A program made the translations under genes and the position numbers. Of a DNA stretch of 64,000 bases, positions 10,717-22,552 are shown one piece after another; position 1 is the first letter of the stretch, and each line of letters starts with the position of its first letter. The notes below the pieces were generated by a model. The model made no database searches, had not been told where the DNA came from, and was given only the letters and a program-made list of their open reading frames with translations. Origin of the DNA: Verrucomicrobiota bacterium (GTDB lineage: Bacteria; Verrucomicrobiota; Verrucomicrobiia; Opitutales; Cerasicoccaceae). The stretch spans positions 32,001 to 96,000 of the forward strand of contig JBCBUK010000009.1 in the NCBI GenBank assembly GCA_039818205.1, given 5' to 3'.

Positions 10717-12279
10717 ATGAAATTCAAAATTCTTAAAGCACTCGACGTCGCTGGCCTACAAGTATTCGATCCTGTAGTCCGTTTGGTATGCGGCGAAAAT
10801 CCAAAAGAACAACTGCGCAAGATCCTGTTGTTCATTGGCGTGCCCATCGTAACGTTCCTGGTCTTCCTGGGCCTCTGGAGCTACATGGCACCACGACACA
10901 CCACCAAGGCCGGTGAGGTTCCAACTCCTGGAGTTGTGCTCGACGCCGCGGATGGTATCTGGACGTTTCACGTCCGTGAAAATCAAAAGGCACAAGACTT
11001 TCTCCTTGATGGCGGAAATCGCGAAAGCGAGCTCGCTAGCGTAGAAGCGCGCATCATGGAACTCGAGCCACTTGCGGCCGCAGCGCGCGAGCAGATGGAG
11101 ACGTTGGAAAGCGAATCCAAGGCAAAGATTGACGAGCAAGTTGGTCCCCTTCAAGCCGAATACAAAGAGCTGCGCACCAAGTCCAGAGAAGATGGCAAAA
11201 CCCGTGAGGCGGCATTGATCGCCGAGGCAGATAGTCTTCCGGTTGGTAATGCTGCTGCTCGCGAGGCCTTCCTAACGAAGGTAGCTGAACACGCTGAGAA
11301 GTCCGCTGCTGACAAAGAAGCGATGCGCGATTTTAAGGCCAAGATTGAAGCAGCCTACACCGAAAAGTTTCCTGAACTCGAAAAGGTTCGGGGTGAGTAC
11401 AACACTTACGAAGAAGAACTGCAGTATCTGAGCAAGCGTTTGGACTACCTGACGGGAGACAACCAATCGCTCAAGATTTCTGACCAAGAGCTCAAGCTCG
11501 ACGAACTTCAGGCGGCTTTCCTTGGCGCCGAAGGTGGCAAGGCTACCTTGAAGGCGGCTGAAAAGGTCGTGAAGCAAAAGGAAGCGATCAACCGTATTGC
11601 GGATAGTGAATACTCCCGCCCTTGGACCTTCCCGCGCCAGATTGCTCGTAGTGTTTGGTGTGTATTTGTTGGCTTCTTTATCGGGTCTGCAATCGCAATT
11701 CCACTGGGCGTTCTCTGCGGCCTAAGCCGTGTGATTATGGCAGCGTTGACTCCTCTGATCGCCTTGTTCAAGCCGGTTTCACCAATCGTTTGGCTGCCTA
11801 TCGTTTTCATTATTGTCGGTGGGTTTATCTCCGACCCGGAGAAAGCTGTGGTTCACCCGGCGTTCCTTTCTTCGGCGATCACGGTTGCACTCTGTTCGCT
11901 CTGGCCAACCTTGGTTAACACGGCATTGGGTGTGGCTTCGGTTGAGAAGGACCACGTGAATGTTGCACGGGTTTTGCGCCTCGGCTTCTTTAGTCGTCTG
12001 TTCAAGATCGTATTGCCATCGGCGTTGCCGCTGATCTTTGCCGGTCTTCGTATTTCGCTCGGTGTTGGCTGGATGGTTCTCATCGCTGCTGAGCTGCTCT
12101 CCTCCAGCGAGGGTATTGGTAAATTCGTCTGGGATATGTTCAATAACGGTTCTTCTCAGACCTTCGCTCAGATGTTCGTCGTTGTGTTCGTCGTGGGTGC
12201 TGTCGGCCTTTTGCTCGACCGTATCATGATCGTCCTGCAGCGTTCGGTATCCTTTGATGGTGCGCCGACTGCGATCTAA
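10717..12279 (+). CDS. nrtB: Nitrate ABC transporter permease with long coiled-coil insertion
   Basis: C-terminal permease core FKPVSPIVWLP, LWPTLVNTALGV, GLRISLGVGWMVLIAAE; ~220 aa E/K/A-rich helical insert after TM1. Confidence 0.9.
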   Translation: MKFKILKALDVAGLQVFDPVVRLVCGENPKEQLRKILLFIGVPIVTFLVFLGLWSYMAPRHTTKAGEVPTPGVVLDAADGIWTFHVRENQKAQDFLLDGGNRESELASVEARIMELEPLAAAAREQMETLESESKAKIDEQVGPLQAEYKELRTKSREDGKTREAALIAEADSLPVGNAAAREAFLTKVAEHAEKSAADKEAMRDFKAKIEAAYTEKFPELEKVRGEYNTYEEELQYLSKRLDYLTGDNQSLKISDQELKLDELQAAFLGAEGGKATLKAAEKVVKQKEAINRIADSEYSRPWTFPRQIARSVWCVFVGFFIGSAIAIPLGVLCGLSRVIMAALTPLIALFKPVSPIVWLPIVFIIVGGFISDPEKAVVHPAFLSSAITVALCSLWPTLVNTALGVASVEKDHVNVARVLRLGFFSRLFKIVLPSALPLIFAGLRISLGVGWMVLIAAELLSSSEGIGKFVWDMFNNGSSQTFAQMFVVVFVVGAVGLLLDRIMIVLQRSVSFDGAPTAI

Positions 12280-12315
12280 TCTGCTCACTGAAGTAACTTT
12301 AGCCTAATTTTTGTC

Positions 12316-13161
12316 ATGCCTTTCCTGGAAATGGAAAATGTCAGCGTGGGCTTCGGTCCTGAGGGAACTCGGACCGAAGTCTTACACGACGTCAATCTCA
12401 CCGTTGAGGAGAATGAGTTCATTGCGATTGTCGGTTTCTCCGGTAGCGGTAAAAGCACTCTGGTATCTTTGCTTTCAGGCCTTCTGAACCCAGACAAGGG
12501 GGAAGTCCGCCTGAAGGGTAAGAAGGTCACGAAGCCAGGCCCGCACCTTGGAATCGTTTTTCAAAACTATTCTTTGCTCCCTTGGTTGTCAGTTTACGGC
12601 AACATCGAGCTTGCGGTGAATCAGGTGTTTACAGACTTCTCGAGAGCTCAACGTAAGGAACACATCGAGCGCTACATTGAGATGGTCAGCTTGACACCCG
12701 CTCGCGACAAGAAGCCTAGCGAATTGTCCGGTGGTATGCGCCAACGGGTATCGTTGGCTCGGACCCTCTCCATGCAGCCGGAAGTTATGTTGATGGACGA
12801 GCCCCTGAGTGCATTGGACGCCCTGACCCGCGCCAACCTCCAAGACGAGTTGATTCGTATTTGGGAAGAGGACAAACGGACGGTTGTTCTGATTACCAAC
12901 GATGTTGACGAGGCCGTTCTCTTGGCTGACCGCATTGTTCCGCTCACGATGGGACCGAAGGCAACTTTGGCGGATGATTTCGAAGTGACGCTGCCACGGC
13001 CCCGTGATCGCACCACGTTGAACACCGATCAGCGTTTCAAGAAATTGCGCAACGAAATCATTCACTTTATGACTTCGATGAACAAGGAAGCAAAGATGCT
13101 TCGCGTCGACCAAGGCCTGGCTATGCCAGACATTAAGCCGGTCGATTTCACCGCCGCTTAA
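12316..13161 (+). CDS. Nitrate ABC transporter ATP-binding subunit (NrtC/D-like)
   Basis: [37 protein letters not shown]-loop reads ITND. Confidence 0.92.
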   Translation: MPFLEMENVSVGFGPEGTRTEVLHDVNLTVEENEFIAIVGFSGSGKSTLVSLLSGLLNPDKGEVRLKGKKVTKPGPHLGIVFQNYSLLPWLSVYGNIELAVNQVFTDFSRAQRKEHIERYIEMVSLTPARDKKPSELSGGMRQRVSLARTLSMQPEVMLMDEPLSALDALTRANLQDELIRIWEEDKRTVVLITNDVDEAVLLADRIVPLTMGPKATLADDFEVTLPRPRDRTTLNTDQRFKKLRNEIIHFMTSMNKEAKMLRVDQGLAMPDIKPVDFTAA

Positions 13162-13203
13162 TGACTCAGTTTAACTTACCTCAATCATCAACGCTGACAT
13201 ACT

Positions 13204-14076
13204 ATGATTGAAAACAGATACGTAGAAATTTTTGACCTCGTCAAAGCCTATCCAAATCCCTTTGGCGAACCTGTAAACGTCGTTGAAGACTTCAACCTGA
13301 CGATTAAGAAAGGCGAAGTCATTGGCGTCATTGGACACTCCGGTTGCGGAAAGTCCACGGTGCTGACCATGGTTGCTGGACTTAACGAAATCACCTCTGG
13401 TGGTATCGTCGTCGCAGGCCATGAAATTGACGGCCCCGGGCCGGACCGTGCGGTTGTGTTCCAATCGCCGTGTTTGCTGCCTTGGATGACCGCCTACCAA
13501 AACGTCATGATGGGCGTTAAGCAGGTTTACCCGCATGCTTCCAAGCAGCAGCGCCGCGTGGTCGTTGAGTATTCACTCAGCGTTGTTGGCTTGGCCGATG
13601 CGATGAACAAGTATCCGCGCGAACTCTCCGGCGGTATGCAACAGCGCGTCGGTATCGCCCGAGCGATTGCATTGAAGCCAAAGGTTCTCCTGCTTGATGA
13701 GCCGTTTGGTCGCTTGGACTCGCTGACCCGAATGGAGCTGCAGGACGTGATCCTTGGCATCCTCGACCGCGAGCACATTACGACGATGATCATCACGCAC
13801 GATCCCGATGAGGCGATCTTCATGTCCGACCGGATTTGCATGATGACCAATGGACCCAAGGCACGGGTTGGGCAGATAATGCCGATTGATTTTGAGCGTC
13901 CCCGCGAGCGTGAGGCGATTATGGAAACCGACAAGTTCTACGCCTATCGTCAGCGCCTCTTGCAGTTCCTCGATGACTGTGAGGCGGAGAAGCACGGAGG
14001 CGGTCCAATTCGTTGGGATCCAGAGCCCGAAGCCACCGCCGATTCGGCTGAAGAGCCAGAGTCCAGTGTTGTCTAA
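13204..14076 (+). CDS. Nitrate ABC transporter ATP-binding subunit (NrtC/D-like)
   Basis: [30 protein letters not shown]. Confidence 0.92.
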   Translation: MIENRYVEIFDLVKAYPNPFGEPVNVVEDFNLTIKKGEVIGVIGHSGCGKSTVLTMVAGLNEITSGGIVVAGHEIDGPGPDRAVVFQSPCLLPWMTAYQNVMMGVKQVYPHASKQQRRVVVEYSLSVVGLADAMNKYPRELSGGMQQRVGIARAIALKPKVLLLDEPFGRLDSLTRMELQDVILGILDREHITTMIITHDPDEAIFMSDRICMMTNGPKARVGQIMPIDFERPREREAIMETDKFYAYRQRLLQFLDDCEAEKHGGGPIRWDPEPEATADSAEEPESSVV

Positions 14077-14098
14077 TCGCCTGCGTTAAACCACTTGA

Positions 14099-15655
14099 AT
14101 GATATCGGAACTCCAGTCGCCGATCGATGATGAAACCCCGATCGATCGGTTGTTACGTGAACAAAACCGCCTGCAAACACCCGTCGCAAAGTTCTCTGAG
14201 AAGTTTGATTCGGGTGAGGCCGATGCGAATTTTCGAGAACTAATTCCGCTCGAGAATCCCAAGCCTGGTGAACAGTTTGCGTTCGAGGTCGATCTTGACC
14301 GTTGCACGGGTTGTAAAGCTTGCGTGGCCGGATGTCACAGCCTCAATGGTCTCGAAGAGAATGAGACTTGGCGAGATGTCGGGCTGATCCAGGGGCTGTC
14401 GAACGGGAAAGGCTATCAGCAGACAGTTACCACGGCTTGCCACCACTGCGTGGATGCCGGTTGTCTCAATGGATGCCCCGTGAACGCCTATGAGAAGGAT
14501 CCCGTGACCGGGATTGTTCTGCACCTGGATGATCAGTGCATTGGTTGTCAGTATTGCGTTCTTAAGTGCCCTTATGATGTTCCAAAATACAGCGAGCGTC
14601 TGGGCATAGTCCGAAAGTGCGATATGTGCTACAGCCGTCTGTCCGTCGGTGAGGCACCGGCTTGTGTTCAGTCCTGCCCGACCGAGGCGATTCGTATCGT
14701 TACCGTCGACAAAGAATCGTTGACTAAAGAATCGGTTGACCCATCGAAGCCCGCATTTTTACCAGCAGCACCGCATCAGTCTTATACACTGCCCACGACC
14801 AGCTACGTGTCGGATCGCGACGTTCCAGCCGATGCGAAAGCAGGTGACGAAACCGTATTGCGGCCTCAACATCCGCACTGGCCGTTGATTATCATGCTCA
14901 CGCTGACTCAGGCATCGGTTGGTGTCACGGGGGCAGCGGTAGCGTGGTCTGGCTTTGGTGTCGGTTTGTTTGTCGCCTCTTCTCTGCTTGCTGGGGTTGG
15001 CCTTGCTGCCAGCGTATTGCACCTTGGCCAACCGCTTAGGGCTTGGCGGGTGTTCTTGGGACTGACCCACTCTTGGCTTAGCCGTGAGATCGTTGTTTTT
15101 GGTGCGTTTGCGCCGATGCTGTTTCTATTGACTGGGCTTCAATTTACCACTTTGCAGGACAAAGTTCCCGGTGCATTTGGTTGGCTGGCTTTCTTGGTTG
15201 GATTGACTGGCGTATTTACCTCGGTGATGATCTACGCCGATACCCAACGAGCCTTCTGGAAGTTTGAACGCTCGGCATTACGTTTCTTTGGCACGACTTT
15301 AATTGCCATGGGCGCTGGAGGATGGATCGTCAGTGGCCATATTTCGGCCGCGCTCTGGTTGGTAGCTGGCGTGCTGGCGAAATTCTGTCTAGACGCACTC
15401 GGATGGTTGGATGCCCTGGATAACGAGTTCACGCCTGACAAGCATTCCGCGTTAATTCAACTGACTCGCGAACCGGAAGTCGTCGTTGTGCGTTGGCTGC
15501 TATCATTCATCGGTGCAGCGATGGTTCTTTTTATTCCAACAATACCGTACGCTTTGGGTGGAGCTGTTCTTTTGTTAGGTGGCGAAATCGCTGAGCGCTA
15601 CTTATTTTTCCGTGCAGTTGCTGCATCCAAGATGCCAGGAGGTATTCGAGCATGA
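14099..15655 (+). CDS. Fused DmsB-type multi-[4Fe-4S] ferredoxin + DmsC/YnfH-type membrane anchor
   Basis: [42 protein letters not shown]...PACVQSCP; then multi-TM domain with [33 protein letters not shown]. Confidence 0.9.
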   Translation: MISELQSPIDDETPIDRLLREQNRLQTPVAKFSEKFDSGEADANFRELIPLENPKPGEQFAFEVDLDRCTGCKACVAGCHSLNGLEENETWRDVGLIQGLSNGKGYQQTVTTACHHCVDAGCLNGCPVNAYEKDPVTGIVLHLDDQCIGCQYCVLKCPYDVPKYSERLGIVRKCDMCYSRLSVGEAPACVQSCPTEAIRIVTVDKESLTKESVDPSKPAFLPAAPHQSYTLPTTSYVSDRDVPADAKAGDETVLRPQHPHWPLIIMLTLTQASVGVTGAAVAWSGFGVGLFVASSLLAGVGLAASVLHLGQPLRAWRVFLGLTHSWLSREIVVFGAFAPMLFLLTGLQFTTLQDKVPGAFGWLAFLVGLTGVFTSVMIYADTQRAFWKFERSALRFFGTTLIAMGAGGWIVSGHISAALWLVAGVLAKFCLDALGWLDALDNEFTPDKHSALIQLTREPEVVVVRWLLSFIGAAMVLFIPTIPYALGGAVLLLGGEIAERYLFFRAVAASKMPGGIRA

Positions 15656-17874
15656 AGATACACATTGGACCCAAGCCACAAAACACACCTTTGCGTCAAT
15701 GGGATGGCCCGATGACGCGCGAGCTCGTGCAGCGACCGGGCGAGTTCGGCTTGGGAAGTGTACCGGAGGTCAAGGCTCCAGATGCAACCACCGAGAGTGT
15801 CTGCGGATACTGCGCGACGGGTTGTTCGCTTAAGGTGCACTTAAAGGATGACGTCGCAATTAATCTATCTGCCGACAAGAGCTATCCGGTTAACATCGGT
15901 ATGGCTTGCCCCAAGGGTTGGGAATCACTGGCACCACTGGCTGCCACCGATCGCGCAACAACACCTCTGCTCAGAAATAGCGCTGGCGAACTGGAGCCAG
16001 TGAGTTGGGAGGTTGCGCTCAAAGAAATGGTGAGCCGCTTTGGAAAAATCAAGGACGAAGCCGGAGGCGAGTCACTGTCCTGGTTGAGCACGGGGCAGAT
16101 TCCCAGCGAGGAAATGGCTTTTCTCGGATCCTTGTGCAAGTTTGGTATCGGTATGCTTCACGGCGACGGTAATACGCGCCAGTGCATGGCAACCGCAGTT
16201 GTTGCCTATAAAGGTTCGTTCGGATTTGATGCGCCGCCATACAGTTATGCGGATTTCGAAGAGTCCGATGTCTTGGTTTTCGTTGGCTCCAATCTGTGCA
16301 TAACGCATCCAATCATGTGGCAGCGGGTCATGCGCAATAAGCGGAAGCCCGAAATCGTGGTGATTGATCCCCGCCGCACCGAGACTGCGATGGCGGCAAC
16401 CCGCCATTTACCATTGTCGCCAAAGTCCGACTTGGTGCTCTTCTACGCGGTCGCCCGCTTGCTGATCGAAAATGACTGGCTCGATCATGACTTCATCAAT
16501 GCTTCGACCAACGATTTCGATGATTTTAAGCGCTTCCTGCTCGAGAATGACTTCTCTCTTGAAACCGCGGCGAAACAAACCGGCTTGGAAGAGGATTCGA
16601 TTTTTGATCTAGCTCGTCTGATCGGTAGTGGCAAACGCGTTTCGATTTGGTGGACGATGGGTGTGAACCAAAGTTACGAGGGAACTCGCGTGGCCCAGTC
16701 TTTGATCAACCTCGCGCTCATGACCGGGAATATTGGTAAGCCCGGCTCCGGCGCCAACTCCATTACCGGTCAGTGCAACGCGATGGGGTCGCGGCTTTTT
16801 AGCAACTCCACGAATTTGCTCGGCGGGCACAAGTTTACCAGCGAAGAGCACCGGCAGAAGGTCGCAGGAATCTTAGATATCCCCGTTGATCGCATTCCTC
16901 AGGAGGACTCGTGGTCTTATGACCGAATTCTTGAGGGCGTTGAGCAGGGCAAAATTCGTGGATTGTGGATCGTTGCCACCAATACTGCACACTCCTGGAT
17001 CAATCAGAATCGATGGAATCGTTTGCGGGAGAAGCTTGATTTCCTCGTTGTCCAGGACATGTATCACAGCACGGAGACCGCGCAGATGGCGGACCTCGTT
17101 TTGCCAGCGGCTGGCTGGGGCGAAAAGGAGGGGACCTTCATCAACAGCGAGCGTCGCATTGGTCGCACGCGAAAGGTTAGCCGTTCTCCAGGGCAAGCGC
17201 TGGCAGACTTTCATATTTTCCAGCTAGTCGCCCACTACTGGGGATGCGGGGATATGTTCAAGCGTTGGACGTCTCCCGAAGAAGTCTTTAAACTACTGAC
17301 CGAGTTGACCGAAAACCAGCCATGTGACATCACGGGCATACCCAGCTATGAGAAGCTGGAAGAGTCAGGTGGGATTCAGTGGCCGCTGCCCAGCGGAACG
17401 AACGAGTTTGAGAAAGAACGCCGCTTGTTTGAGGACGGAAAGTTTTTCCATCCAGATCAGCGTGCCCGATTCGTCTATAGTGAACCACAACCGCTCGCGG
17501 AACCGACGGATAAGGAATTTCCGTTTACGCTCCTGACCGGTCGAGGCTCCTCCTCGCAGTGGCACACCCAGACGCGGACCAGTAAGTCCGATGTTTTAAG
17601 AAAGCTTTATCCGGCAAATGTATACGTGGAGATCAACCCAGAAGATGCTCAGCGATTGGGCATAAAGTCGGAAGATCCAATCACGATCCGTTCCCGCCGG
17701 GGATCCATTATTGCTTCTGCCCACCTGACCCCGATTACACCGGTTGGCTCGGTTTTTGCTCCTATGCACTACCGCGAAGTCAACCAGCTGACACTGTCGT
17801 CTTTCGATCCTCATTCAAGGCAGCCTTCTTATAAGGCCTGTGCCGTAGAGATCCGAAAAGCGGATAGATTTTAA
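15652..17874 (+). CDS. Molybdopterin nitrate reductase catalytic subunit (NasA/NarB-like, no export signal)
   Basis: CGYCATGC...CPKG Fe-S motif, NTRQCMATA Mo-ligand Cys, [22 protein letters not shown]; no twin-arginine leader. Confidence 0.9.
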   Translation: MKIHIGPKPQNTPLRQWDGPMTRELVQRPGEFGLGSVPEVKAPDATTESVCGYCATGCSLKVHLKDDVAINLSADKSYPVNIGMACPKGWESLAPLAATDRATTPLLRNSAGELEPVSWEVALKEMVSRFGKIKDEAGGESLSWLSTGQIPSEEMAFLGSLCKFGIGMLHGDGNTRQCMATAVVAYKGSFGFDAPPYSYADFEESDVLVFVGSNLCITHPIMWQRVMRNKRKPEIVVIDPRRTETAMAATRHLPLSPKSDLVLFYAVARLLIENDWLDHDFINASTNDFDDFKRFLLENDFSLETAAKQTGLEEDSIFDLARLIGSGKRVSIWWTMGVNQSYEGTRVAQSLINLALMTGNIGKPGSGANSITGQCNAMGSRLFSNSTNLLGGHKFTSEEHRQKVAGILDIPVDRIPQEDSWSYDRILEGVEQGKIRGLWIVATNTAHSWINQNRWNRLREKLDFLVVQDMYHSTETAQMADLVLPAAGWGEKEGTFINSERRIGRTRKVSRSPGQALADFHIFQLVAHYWGCGDMFKRWTSPEEVFKLLTELTENQPCDITGIPSYEKLEESGGIQWPLPSGTNEFEKERRLFEDGKFFHPDQRARFVYSEPQPLAEPTDKEFPFTLLTGRGSSSQWHTQTRTSKSDVLRKLYPANVYVEINPEDAQRLGIKSEDPITIRSRRGSIIASAHLTPITPVGSVFAPMHYREVNQLTLSSFDPHSRQPSYKACAVEIRKADRF

Positions 17875-17888
17875 ACACGACTGACATT

Positions 17889-19655
17889 ATGAACGCGAAC
17901 CAGGAATTCAGCCCTGAGCAGAAGCAATACCTTCAAGGCTTTTTTGCCGGCGTCGCCCAACGAACACCTTACTTCGTTGGTCAGACCGCCGATGGGCAAT
18001 TGACAAACGATCCCAGCGCCTCGAGTGGAGGCAACCTCGCCGATGACACGGTGCACGGCGTAGCCATTGACGACCTCAGCAAAGAGGAACGAATCAAGCA
18101 CGAACAACACGGCCTCGATGTTTGGGATACGTTACTTGATAACGCTGCGAAAAACAAATTTCCCGAAGGCGGAGATGTATTCCGCTACAAGTTTCACGGG
18201 CTGTTCTACGTCTCGCCGGCTCAAGAGTCGATGATGCTTCGTTGCCGTATCCCAGGATGCGTGCTCCGCTCAGATCAGATGGCGGGCTTGGCCGAGATCG
18301 CGGAAGACTGGGGCGGTAATTACGCTCACGTTACCACTCGGGGTAACTTTCAGGTCCGCGAGATTATGCCGAAGGATAGCGTCGACGTATTGGTCAAGAT
18401 GCGTGAGATTGGCCTGACCGCGCAGGGGTCGGGAGCAGACAACGTACGCAATATTACGGCGTCGCCGACCAGCGGCTTTGACCCATTGGAAGTGATGGAC
18501 GTCTTGCCCTTGGCCAAGGCGATGCACCACTACATTTTGAACAATCGCGACATGTATGATCTGCCGCGTAAGTTCAATATCGCTTTCGACAACGGTGGCT
18601 CGATTAGCGTCTGTGCTGACACCAACGATATCGCGTTCTATGCCGTTCGGGTGGGTGACGGGCAAGAGGTCGAGCCCGGCGTCTATTTCCGCGTCCAGCT
18701 TTGCGGAATCACGGGGCACAAGCAATTTGCGAAGGACTGCGGCCTGCTCCTCAAACCAGACGAGTGCGTTACCGTTGCTGCAGCGATGCTCCGCGTGTTC
18801 CAAGAGAATGGGGACCGTACGAGCCGCAAAAAAGCGCGCCTTAAGTATTTGGTCGATGACTGGGGTGTGGAAAAATATTTGGAAGAGACCGGCAAGAAGC
18901 TGGCTTTCGACCTGCGATACTTCCCATTGGAGAATTGTGAGCCACGTCAGCCGATTACCCGTCACGGTTACATCGGAGTCTATCCGCAGAAACAGGAAGG
19001 CTTCAATTTCATTGGCGTAACGGTCCCAGTCGGCCATATGACTCCGGATCAAATGAAGGGCGTTGCCCGAATCGCTCAGCGATTTGGAAAGGCTGAGATC
19101 CGTTTGACAGTTTGGCAGAATTTCATCATCCCGCACATCGCGGATGCCGACCTAGAGACTGTGCAGCAAGAGCTTCGTGCGTTGGGCTTTGATTACACCC
19201 ATGACCCGATTAGTAATGGCCTCGTCGCTTGCACGGGCAACGCTGGTTGCAAGTTTGCTGCCACGAGCACAAAAGCCCAGGCAATTTCATTGGGCAAGCA
19301 CCTGCGCGAAACCGTTAAGCTTGACCAACCAATTAATATCCACCTAACCGGCTGCCCGCATTCCTGCGCCCAACACTACGTGGGTGATATCGGCTTGCAG
19401 GGCGTCAAAGTCAAGGTCGATGGAGAGTCCGTCGAAGGCTACCAGATCGTGCTTGGTGGCGGTGTTGATGATGAACAAGGCATTGCGGCGGAGGTCTTTT
19501 CGTCGGTGCCCTTTAAGGATGTTCCCCAGCTCCTGGAAAACGTCCTCAAAACCTACCTGGAATCGCGCGAAGGGGAGGAGAGCTTTATTAGCTTCACCCG
19601 TCGCCACACAACCGAAGAACTCAAAGATCTCTTTTCTGCTCATGTCCTCAACTAG
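17889..19655 (+). CDS. nirA: Siroheme/[4Fe-4S] nitrite reductase, NirA family
   Basis: [43 protein letters not shown]. Confidence 0.92.
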   Translation: MNANQEFSPEQKQYLQGFFAGVAQRTPYFVGQTADGQLTNDPSASSGGNLADDTVHGVAIDDLSKEERIKHEQHGLDVWDTLLDNAAKNKFPEGGDVFRYKFHGLFYVSPAQESMMLRCRIPGCVLRSDQMAGLAEIAEDWGGNYAHVTTRGNFQVREIMPKDSVDVLVKMREIGLTAQGSGADNVRNITASPTSGFDPLEVMDVLPLAKAMHHYILNNRDMYDLPRKFNIAFDNGGSISVCADTNDIAFYAVRVGDGQEVEPGVYFRVQLCGITGHKQFAKDCGLLLKPDECVTVAAAMLRVFQENGDRTSRKKARLKYLVDDWGVEKYLEETGKKLAFDLRYFPLENCEPRQPITRHGYIGVYPQKQEGFNFIGVTVPVGHMTPDQMKGVARIAQRFGKAEIRLTVWQNFIIPHIADADLETVQQELRALGFDYTHDPISNGLVACTGNAGCKFAATSTKAQAISLGKHLRETVKLDQPINIHLTGCPHSCAQHYVGDIGLQGVKVKVDGESVEGYQIVLGGGVDDEQGIAAEVFSSVPFKDVPQLLENVLKTYLESREGEESFISFTRRHTTEELKDLFSAHVLN

Positions 19656-21423
19656 TCCTCAATCGTTAGTCCCGTATTTGCCAGACAACGCCCCATTTTC
19701 GTCGGAACAGCGGGCATACCTTAATGGTCTGCTAGCGGGCATTTTCTCCTCGGCTCCATCGGGTGTTCCTGCGGCAGCGGCTGAGCCCGCTCGCCCTATG
19801 ACGATCCTCTTTGGGTCGCAGACCGGTAACTCCGAAAGTGTCGCCAAACAGGCTGCCAAAAAGGCCAAAGCTCAGGGCTTTGCCGCCGAGGTGTTCGATA
19901 TGGAAGCATATCCACAAGAGCGTTTGGCTTCGGAGCAAAACCTCTTGATCATCACGTCGACTTATGGTGAGGGTGATCCGCCGGACAATGCGATGGAACT
20001 GCATGCTTACGTGCATTCCGACAGTGCGCCCAAGTTGGATAATGTTCGCTTTTCAGTTCTCGGATTGGGCGATTCAAACTACCCGGATTTCAATCAATGC
20101 GCGAAGGAATTTGATGCCCGCCTCGTGGAGCTGGGTGCCTCGCGGATGTATGACGGCATTTATTGCGACGTGGATTTTGACGAAGATTTCGAGCGTTGGT
20201 TGGACGGCACATTGAGCGCTGCCAGCGAAGGGGGTTCCGGTAATGGCGCCGCGCCAGCGCCTGCAATCGATATTGCTCCGCCTGCGGCTTCAACCAAGCC
20301 CGAGGGCTACAGTCGCAAGAATCCATTTCCGGCCACGTTGCTTAAGAATTACAATCTGAATAAGGAAGGCTCAGCTAAGGAAACGCGCCACGTTGAAATC
20401 TGTCTAAAAGATTCTGATTTGGAATATGAGGCGGGCGATGCGCTTGGCGTCGTTCCGGTGAACTGCGCCGACTTGGTTGAGGAGTTCTTGCAGGTCACGC
20501 AGTTTGACGGCGAAGAGGGCGTCCCAGGTGCAACTGGTGACGAGGTGCCACTTCGATTGGCGTTGGCCGAACACTACGACATCACCACCATCAGCAAGCT
20601 GTTTTTGGCAAACTTCGCACCGTTTGCGAATAACCAAACCTTGAATGGGTTGTTAGCAGACGGGAATGGAAACATCGATGAGTATATGGAGGGACGTCAG
20701 ATCATTGATTCTCTAATCGATTTCCCTGCGAAGTGGCCCAATGCGAGTGAGTTTGTTGCGATGTTCAAGAAGCTTGCTCCGCGTCTGTATTCGATCTCTT
20801 CGAGCCCTAAGGCACACCCGGAACAGGTTCACTTAACCGTTGGCGCAGTTCGGTACGAAACGCATGGCCGTTCCCGCAAAGGCGTCTGCTCCACCTTCCT
20901 TGCCGATATGCCAGAAGGCACTGAGATTCGGGTTTATATTCAACCGAATAAACACTTCAAGCCTCCGGCAGATCTGAATCATCCGATGATTATGGTTGGG
21001 CCGGGAACCGGAATTGCGCCGTTTCGTGCGTTCCTAGAGGAACGTGCCGCCACGAAAGCTCCTGGAAAGAACTGGCTCTTCTTTGGTGATCAAAAGTCTG
21101 ATTTCGATTTCCTCTACCAGGACCAGCTGAATTTCATGAAGGCGACGAAGCAGCTGCACCGGTTGGATTTGGCCTTTTCCCGCGATGGCGGCGCTAAGGT
21201 CTACGTGCAACATCGCATGCTGGAACAAGCGGAAGAATTGTTCACCTGGCTCGAGGAGGGCGGCCACTTCTATGTCTGTGGCGATGCTTCCCGGATGGCT
21301 AAGGATGTCGACCGCGCGCTGCACGAAGTCGTGATCAAGGCTGGTGGCAAAAGCGAAGAAGAGGCAGCAGCCTATGTCGATGAGCTGCGAAAGCAGAAAC
21401 GCTACGTTCGCGACGTTTACTAA
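19642..21423 (+). CDS. CysJ-like diflavin NAD(P)H reductase (flavodoxin + FAD/NADPH domains)
   Basis: [45 protein letters not shown], terminal DVY; start set at ATG 19642 overlapping nirA end. Confidence 0.9.
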   Translation: MSSTSPQSLVPYLPDNAPFSSEQRAYLNGLLAGIFSSAPSGVPAAAAEPARPMTILFGSQTGNSESVAKQAAKKAKAQGFAAEVFDMEAYPQERLASEQNLLIITSTYGEGDPPDNAMELHAYVHSDSAPKLDNVRFSVLGLGDSNYPDFNQCAKEFDARLVELGASRMYDGIYCDVDFDEDFERWLDGTLSAASEGGSGNGAAPAPAIDIAPPAASTKPEGYSRKNPFPATLLKNYNLNKEGSAKETRHVEICLKDSDLEYEAGDALGVVPVNCADLVEEFLQVTQFDGEEGVPGATGDEVPLRLALAEHYDITTISKLFLANFAPFANNQTLNGLLADGNGNIDEYMEGRQIIDSLIDFPAKWPNASEFVAMFKKLAPRLYSISSSPKAHPEQVHLTVGAVRYETHGRSRKGVCSTFLADMPEGTEIRVYIQPNKHFKPPADLNHPMIMVGPGTGIAPFRAFLEERAATKAPGKNWLFFGDQKSDFDFLYQDQLNFMKATKQLHRLDLAFSRDGGAKVYVQHRMLEQAEELFTWLEEGGHFYVCGDASRMAKDVDRALHEVVIKAGGKSEEEAAAYVDELRKQKRYVRDVY

Positions 21424-21451
21424 TTTGGCGAGAACGCCCTACGCTACATCC

Positions 21452-21485
21452 AAAAAACAACTGCCATGAACGTGGCAGTTTTTTT
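21452..21485. terminator. Bidirectional intrinsic terminator
   Basis: AAAAAAC-AACTGCCA-TGAACG-TGGCAGTT-TTTTT between convergent genes. Confidence 0.8.
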
Positions 21486-21771
21486 ATGCGTCGGACTTCA
21501 ATTTTTCTTTCAGCCGCGCTTTACATTCGTCGGACATCCCTTCCTTAACGGCTTTGTCGGCAATTTTCTCCGCATTTACATCGAGGTTGCAGTGCATCAT
21601 CTCGATCTGCTTTTCGTATCGCGCGGTGTAGGGACACATGAAGCAAAGGATCTTCAGCTTCAGTTTTTCGCCAAATGTGAGTTTGCGCTCGCACGACTCA
21701 GATACCAGACGAACGGCGTCATGGCAGCTGAGAAAGTTTCGATTGAACCACTTGTAGATCGCGTAAAACAT
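21484..21771 (-). CDS. Small zf-HC2/ZAS-like anti-sigma factor (degenerate)
   Basis: LSCHDAVRLVSESCERKLTFGEKLKLKILCFMCPYTARYEKQI, C-terminal MSDECKARLKEKL; pattern of small soluble anti-sigma partners of ECF sigmas. Confidence 0.7.
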   Translation of the reverse strand: MFYAIYKWFNRNFLSCHDAVRLVSESCERKLTFGEKLKLKILCFMCPYTARYEKQIEMMHCNLDVNAEKIADKAVKEGMSDECKARLKEKLKSDA

Positions 21772-21796
21772 GAAAATAAGATAACTCTGCTAAAGT

Positions 21797-21824
21797 TTTG
21801 ACGGTAGTGTTGGCAAAACCTTGC
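21797..21824 (-). promoter_or_regulatory. Putative ECF-sigma promoter
   Basis: Minus strand GCAAGGTT-N13-CGTCAAA upstream of the anti-sigma gene; same architecture at 26908-26935. Confidence 0.55.
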
Positions 21825-21835
21825 ACTCGTTCAAT

Positions 21836-22552
21836 TTATTTTTGTTCCACAAAAAAAAGAAATAATTCTGGTACGTTTTGGGCACTGAAATCTGGCAGCG
21901 GGGGAGATTGCCTAGCTCCTTTAGGGCCAACCAGTGCCGAACGCCATCCCGCCTGATTTGCGCCCTGGATATCTTCGTAGGGGCTGTCGCCAACGTGGAG
22001 AATTGACCCAGCTGGCTGATTGATCGCAATTTCGACCTGACTAAACGCTTCTTGAGCGGGTTTTTCAGCTCCTAGCTCGACTGAGAGGAAGACTGCGTGA
22101 AAATATTTTGCGAGCCCAATCCCTTCGAGAACCGAGTGAAGACGCTCGTCGTTGTTGGAGAAAAGATAGATTGGCAGACCGCGAGATTGCAATTTCGATA
22201 GGGTGTCGACGATGCCCGGCAAAATTTTCCACCGATCGGGAGACGAAAAGGAGCGCCACAATTCTCGAAAAATAGGTTCCATATCCGCCTCGGCGGTCAA
22301 TCCCGAGAATGTCTGAAAGACAATTTGTTTCCATCGCACTTGATCCAAAAGGGCTGCAGGATTCTCGGCCTTCAAAGCCTTGAAAACATGTCTAAAACGG
22401 TTTTCTAAAATTTCCGGTTCAAGAGAATAACCAAAACTTTTAGCCGTTTCTGCGTAAACTTCGCCAACGGACGGATGAGGGACAATGAGGGTTCCAGCGG
22501 CATCAAAGGTGATCGCTTCAATGCCCTTTAGTAAGTCACTTGGATGATTCAC
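21836..22552 (-). CDS. HAD-IA family hydrolase
   Basis: ITFDAAGTL, FSNNDERL, EKP, LHVGDSPYEDIQGA. Confidence 0.9.
   Translation of the reverse strand: MNHPSDLLKGIEAITFDAAGTLIVPHPSVGEVYAETAKSFGYSLEPEILENRFRHVFKALKAENPAALLDQVRWKQIVFQTFSGLTAEADMEPIFRELWRSFSSPDRWKILPGIVDTLSKLQSRGLPIYLFSNNDERLHSVLEGIGLAKYFHAVFLSVELGAEKPAQEAFSQVEIAINQPAGSILHVGDSPYEDIQGANQAGWRSALVGPKGARQSPPLPDFSAQNVPELFLFFVEQK

Noticed and set aside
19384..19641. ORF-track N-terminal extension of the CysJ-like gene
   Set aside because: Lies inside nirA in another frame; homology-like sequence begins at ATG 19642
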